Of a stretch of DNA of 64,000 nt, positions 60,309-64,000 are shown in pieces. Origin of the DNA: Candidatus Bathyarchaeia archaeon (GTDB taxonomy: Archaea > Thermoproteota > CALKCG01 > B24); contig JAVZJD010000002.1 in NCBI GenBank assembly GCA_038870975.1, positions 256,001 to 320,000 of the forward strand, read 5' to 3'. Both the position numbers and the translations under genes were made by a program. The notes beneath the pieces were generated by a model. That model had not been told where the DNA came from. It was given only the letters and a program-made list of their open reading frames with translations, and did not search any database. Every line of letters begins with the position of its first letter. Position 1 is the stretch's first letter.

Positions 60309-60955
60309 GTTGAATTTCTCCATTTGTACTCCCACGGGTTTATATTCCACTCTCTAAGCCTTCTTTTAATGGTTTTAGAACTTACACCCAGAATTTTAGC
60401 TATAGCCGACATCGACAATCCCTTTTCTAAATAGCTTACAACGGTTTTTTTATCAATCGTCTTCATAGGTCTACCGATACGTTTCCCTTCAAGCTTAACT
60501 CTCTTCATTCCCTCCTTAGTCCTCTGACTAAGTAACTCCCGTTCTCTTTCAGCAACCCAGCTGAATATGGCGAGTACAAGCTTACGAATCGACGGGTCTA
60601 ACGTCTGTAGAAAACTCTCTTTAGGACTTATACTGACAAGGGGGATTTCAAGTGTTTCAAGCGATTTTACAGCTTCTAGGGTTTCATAGAAACTTCTACC
60701 TATCCTTGAAAGCTCGTATACGATTGTGACCCTGGGTTTAGGTTTTAAATTTACAACCTCTTCTACAAGCCTTTTAAATCCCTGTCTTCTAAGAGGCGGA
60801 ATTTTACCGCTTATAGCCTCATCTTCATAATACTTGATAACCAAATAGCCGTTATTATGAGCCCATTCATCGATAGCTATTTTCTGATTTTCTACAGTCT
60901 GTTCACCAGTACTAACGCGCACATAGGCTATAGCTGGCTTAAACTCACTAGACAA
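60305..60955 (-). CDS. Small serine recombinase (resolvase/invertase) with C-terminal HTH
   Basis: YVRVST catalytic Ser, SG..R, LSRIGR, AERER, GRP, HTH IAKILGVSSKTI. Confidence 0.92.
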   Translation of the reverse strand: MSSEFKPAIAYVRVSTGEQTVENQKIAIDEWAHNNGYLVIKYYEDEAISGKIPPLRRQGFKRLVEEVVNLKPKPRVTIVYELSRIGRSFYETLEAVKSLETLEIPLVSISPKESFLQTLDPSIRKLVLAIFSWVAERERELLSQRTKEGMKRVKLEGKRIGRPMKTIDKKTVVSYLEKGLSMSAIAKILGVSSKTIKRRLREWNINPWEYKWRNST

Positions 60956-61139
60956 AATAAACTACCCCTTTTATTCCACAAAAATAGGACGTATAAATTG
61001 ATTAAGCACTTTTCGCCGTTAATTTCTTAAGGGCACCTTAATGTCCATACACTTATTCACAGCAATTAAATGCAACTACATAAAATCAAAACTAATTTTG
61101 AAAGTGTATACTTTTAGTTAAAGTCTATATATTTTAAAA

Positions 61140-61793
61140 TCATAGACTTAAGTTTATGAATACTAAGTAAAAACCAACTGATATAACAATTAAGGCTTCA
61201 ATTTTCCCAATATATGGAAGTATGATTTTAAGTTTATTCATTAATATATTTCCAATAAAAGAAGAAGAAACTACTAATAAAAACATTGGGACAACCATAC
61301 CTGTTGAAAATAGCGTGAAAAGAATCAAAGTTTCCCCAGTAATTAGAGAAGCAGAAAGAATCATAAGTAGAATTGGTAGAGAGCAAGTTAAAGAGTTGAA
61401 TGCGTATATTGATCCATAGAGGAATTGTTCGATGCAGAGGTTTCTTATTCTTCCCAAACCTTTAAATCGTATTTGAATTGACATTACATTCTTACCGCTT
61501 AAAGCGATTAATCCAAAAAATAATAGTGAAACTCCAAGAATGATGCCTACAATCGGAATGAGGGAAATGACTTTTTCAACTAAAGAGATAGGTAGTAAAA
61601 GAAAGATAAACAATGTTGATTCAATACCTAAGATAAACATTAAACCTGTTTTTAAACCATCAATCAGTGAATTCTTCATCCGTCCCCCATCAATCCACCG
61701 TGTAATATACGCTGGAAGCAATGGAAATGCACATGGCGATAGGAACGATGAAAAACCACCTAAAAAAGCCAAAGTTGCTAAAGCCAGATTCAA
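61140..61793 (-). CDS. ccdA: CcdA/DsbD-type transmembrane electron transporter
   Basis: SFLSPCAFPLLP and TCSLP; multiple TM segments. Confidence 0.85.
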   Translation of the reverse strand: MNLALATLAFLGGFSSFLSPCAFPLLPAYITRWIDGGRMKNSLIDGLKTGLMFILGIESTLFIFLLLPISLVEKVISLIPIVGIILGVSLLFFGLIALSGKNVMSIQIRFKGLGRIRNLCIEQFLYGSIYAFNSLTCSLPILLMILSASLITGETLILFTLFSTGMVVPMFLLVVSSSFIGNILMNKLKIILPYIGKIEALIVISVGFYLVFINLSL

Positions 61794-61800
61794 AGCCTCA

Positions 61801-62307
61801 CTACTCCATCTCGTTTAACAATTGAGAAATTTCAAATATCAATTCTGACGCTTCAACTACGCCTTCATGTCGAAATCTAATCCTACCTTTATAGTCTATG
61901 ATAACGGTTGTCGGCAATACTTTAACACTGTAGTTCAGACCGACTTCATAGCTTTGAGCAAATATCCAAGTAGCTCCAAGTTCATCTCTATAGTCTCTAA
62001 GCGTATTCGAGATGTCTGACGGGTCAATACTTATGGACACTATTATAATCGATGGGTTTCTAAATTGTTCATGAACTTTCTTAAGTTCTTCAACTTGAGC
62101 CTTGCAATGTCTACACCATGTTGCCATAAACTCTAACACGACGATTTTTCCTTTACATTCGCTTAGTCTAAAGGTTGCGCCGTCTACATCTGTAATTGTG
62201 AACGAAGGAGCATCTGCAAACTTCCCCTCCTCTAAGAATGCTGATAGTAGGATTGCTCCAGCAACTGAAGGCAGAATTATCAATAAGATTAAGACCTTGG
62301 CGTCCAC
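61801..62307 (-). CDS. Membrane-anchored TlpA/ResA thioredoxin-like protein
   Basis: N-terminal TM, APSF, FMATWCRHC, LPTTVIID. Confidence 0.88.
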   Translation of the reverse strand: MDAKVLILLIILPSVAGAILLSAFLEEGKFADAPSFTITDVDGATFRLSECKGKIVVLEFMATWCRHCKAQVEELKKVHEQFRNPSIIIVSISIDPSDISNTLRDYRDELGATWIFAQSYEVGLNYSVKVLPTTVIIDYKGRIRFRHEGVVEASELIFEISQLLNEME

Positions 62308-62541
62308 ACATCCTGTAGTAGTAAATTGAAATTTAAAGATATTTCTTGCAGAGAATTCTTACTAGAGAATTATGCTATTAGAGCCCGATCTCAAAATCTC
62401 CATACGGATTCATAAAAATAATACGTTGAAAAGCTACTGCATTAAACAATGTAATAGTGGCTGTTGAAGCGTTTTTAACTTTGGAATTGATAAAAATTTA
62501 AAAAAGAGAAGATGTTCTTTTAGCTGTCAGAGATTCTATAC

Positions 62542-64000
62542 ATGGGGTCTATAAGATTCAGGACAGTTTTAAACATGACATTACTACTGTTAGCTACTGC
62601 TTCATCCTTACCATTAAAGATTCTATGCAACTTTGTCCAAAACTCATGGGGAGGTTTAGCGTCTATAGAAATGGATAATGTCATGAGACATGTCGAGTTC
62701 TTTTCATCAGTTGAAAGCAGGATGACAGGCTACCTCGGTTTCTACAAGGCTTCAGAGTATATAACTGAGGAATTTAATAAAACGTTAGGAAATGTTGTTA
62801 TAGAGGAATTTGAAGTAACAGCTCCTATTCAACATTTTGCAGAAATCTATATAGAATCTCCAGAACGTAGAGTTTTAAAGGCTTATACCTTCTGGCCAAA
62901 TTTAGCTGAGTCGTGCTCTACGTCAGAGGATGGATTAAGAGGTCCACTATACTATGTAGGCTATGGAACTCTGAGTGAAATGAATGGGAAGCCGATAGAT
63001 GGTTCTATCGTTCTAATGGAGCTGAACAATAGGTGGTTCTGGAGAATAGCTCTCAATATGGGTGCTAAAGCAGCTATCTTCATAGAGCCTGAAGACTCCT
63101 TCCGAGGTGACTACTGGGCGAAGACTCTGCAAATACCGATAAATTTCCCTAGACTTTACATAACACGGGAAGATGGAGAATATTTGAAGAAGCTCGTTGA
63201 GAACTATGGAAATCTAACGGTAACAGTAAAGTCTTATACAACTTGGGAGAAAGTTAAAGCCTATAATATATTAGCTGAAGTTAAAGGTACTGACCCTGAG
63301 CTATCTAAGGAATACATAGTCCTTGCGGCATACTACGACTCACTTTCAATAGTCCCAGCTCTAGCCCCCGGAGCATCAGAATCATTAGGAATATCGCTTC
63401 TACTAGAGCTGGGTAGAGTTTTCAAGGAAAATCCTCCTAAGAGGAGCATACTTTTCGTAGCTTTAGGAGGACACGGTCTGGGATTGGCTGGTGCTAGAGA
63501 ATTCGTGTGGAAGCATTTCCAAGAAATAGGCGAGAAGTACAAGCTATTTATAAGCTTAGACCTCTCTACTGAAAGCTCAGACTTAGCCGTACAGTTTTAC
63601 GGAGGCTTCTACGCGCTCCAGGGGAGCGTGCCAGGATATGAGACAAAATTTCAGTGGTTGAGAGATAAAATCTTCAATGAATACCTTAAACTCTATAGAG
63701 CCTATGGAGGAAGTATTAGGCTTTTCGACTCGCTCGCCTTAACAAATATTTACTATGAGCCTACTCCATTATACGTCGACAGCGAACCTTTCGTATTAGC
63801 CGGAGGCATTGGATTCACTTTCAAAACGTTCAACGTTTTCAGAAGACACCTTTTTACACCTTTGGATAGGCTAGAGGACGTAGAAATAGACAGATTGAAA
63901 CCACAAGCTGAGTTTATAGCTCTAACCCTTAGGATGCTCTGCGAAGAGGCTAGACTCGCAGTACACTCCAAGCCTACAGTGATAGGGGTGGGGTATGGAT
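62542..64000 (+). CDS. Large exported PA-domain + M28-peptidase-like protein with degenerate active site (3'-truncated, not in ORF track)
   Basis: Frame from ATG 62542 appears open to the window end; hydrophobic N-terminus, SRMTGY, GPLYYVGYG, NILAEVKG, AYYDS, APGASES. Confidence 0.8.
   Translation, partial: MGSIRFRTVLNMTLLLLATASSLPLKILCNFVQNSWGGLASIEMDNVMRHVEFFSSVESRMTGYLGFYKASEYITEEFNKTLGNVVIEEFEVTAPIQHFAEIYIESPERRVLKAYTFWPNLAESCSTSEDGLRGPLYYVGYGTLSEMNGKPIDGSIVLMELNNRWFWRIALNMGAKAAIFIEPEDSFRGDYWAKTLQIPINFPRLYITREDGEYLKKLVENYGNLTVTVKSYTTWEKVKAYNILAEVKGTDPELSKEYIVLAAYYDSLSIVPALAPGASESLGISLLLELGRVFKENPPKRSILFVALGGHGLGLAGAREFVWKHFQEIGEKYKLFISLDLSTESSDLAVQFYGGFYALQGSVPGYETKFQWLRDKIFNEYLKLYRAYGGSIRLFDSLALTNIYYEPTPLYVDSEPFVLAGGIGFTFKTFNVFRRHLFTPLDRLEDVEIDRLKPQAEFIALTLRMLCEEARLAVHSKPTVIGVGYG

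Noticed and set aside
60305-60955. Resolvase as the cause of the rps11 inversion
   Set aside because: No shared recombination-site sequence seen at the rps11 junctions
1-64000. CRISPR array, rRNA, intact transposase or provirus
   Set aside because: None seen on manual reading

Overview
64 kb of an archaeal chromosome, almost all core genes. TACK affiliation is supported by rps25e, rpl34e/rpl14e and an intron-split cbf5; Bathyarchaeia-like is my inference. Contents: an asd-aroA'-aroB'-aroD-aroE-aroK-aroA alternative shikimate operon; the alpha/S9 cluster (rps13, rps4, rps11, rpoD, rpl18e, rpl13, rps9, rpoN, eno, rps2); the rpl22-to-cbf5 S10/spc cluster; sugar-catabolism and housekeeping genes; tRNA-Leu(TAG); a serine resolvase beside ccdA/tlpA; and the 5' part of a large degenerate M28-like exported protein. 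Most notable: (1) a 17-nt bulge-helix-bulge intron inside the catalytic Asp codon of cbf5; (2) rps11 alone inverted within the alpha operon; (3) four conserved genes (aroA, a GPN-loop GTPase, a GTPBP1-family GTPase, rpoK) whose conserved N-termini have no in-frame ATG/GTG/TTG, on a background of heavy TTG use; (4) hsp20 inserted into the spc operon; (5) two copies of a decayed coding repeat, plus an integrase-like remnant. No CRISPR array or rRNA was seen. All family calls come from motif recognition, not database searches.
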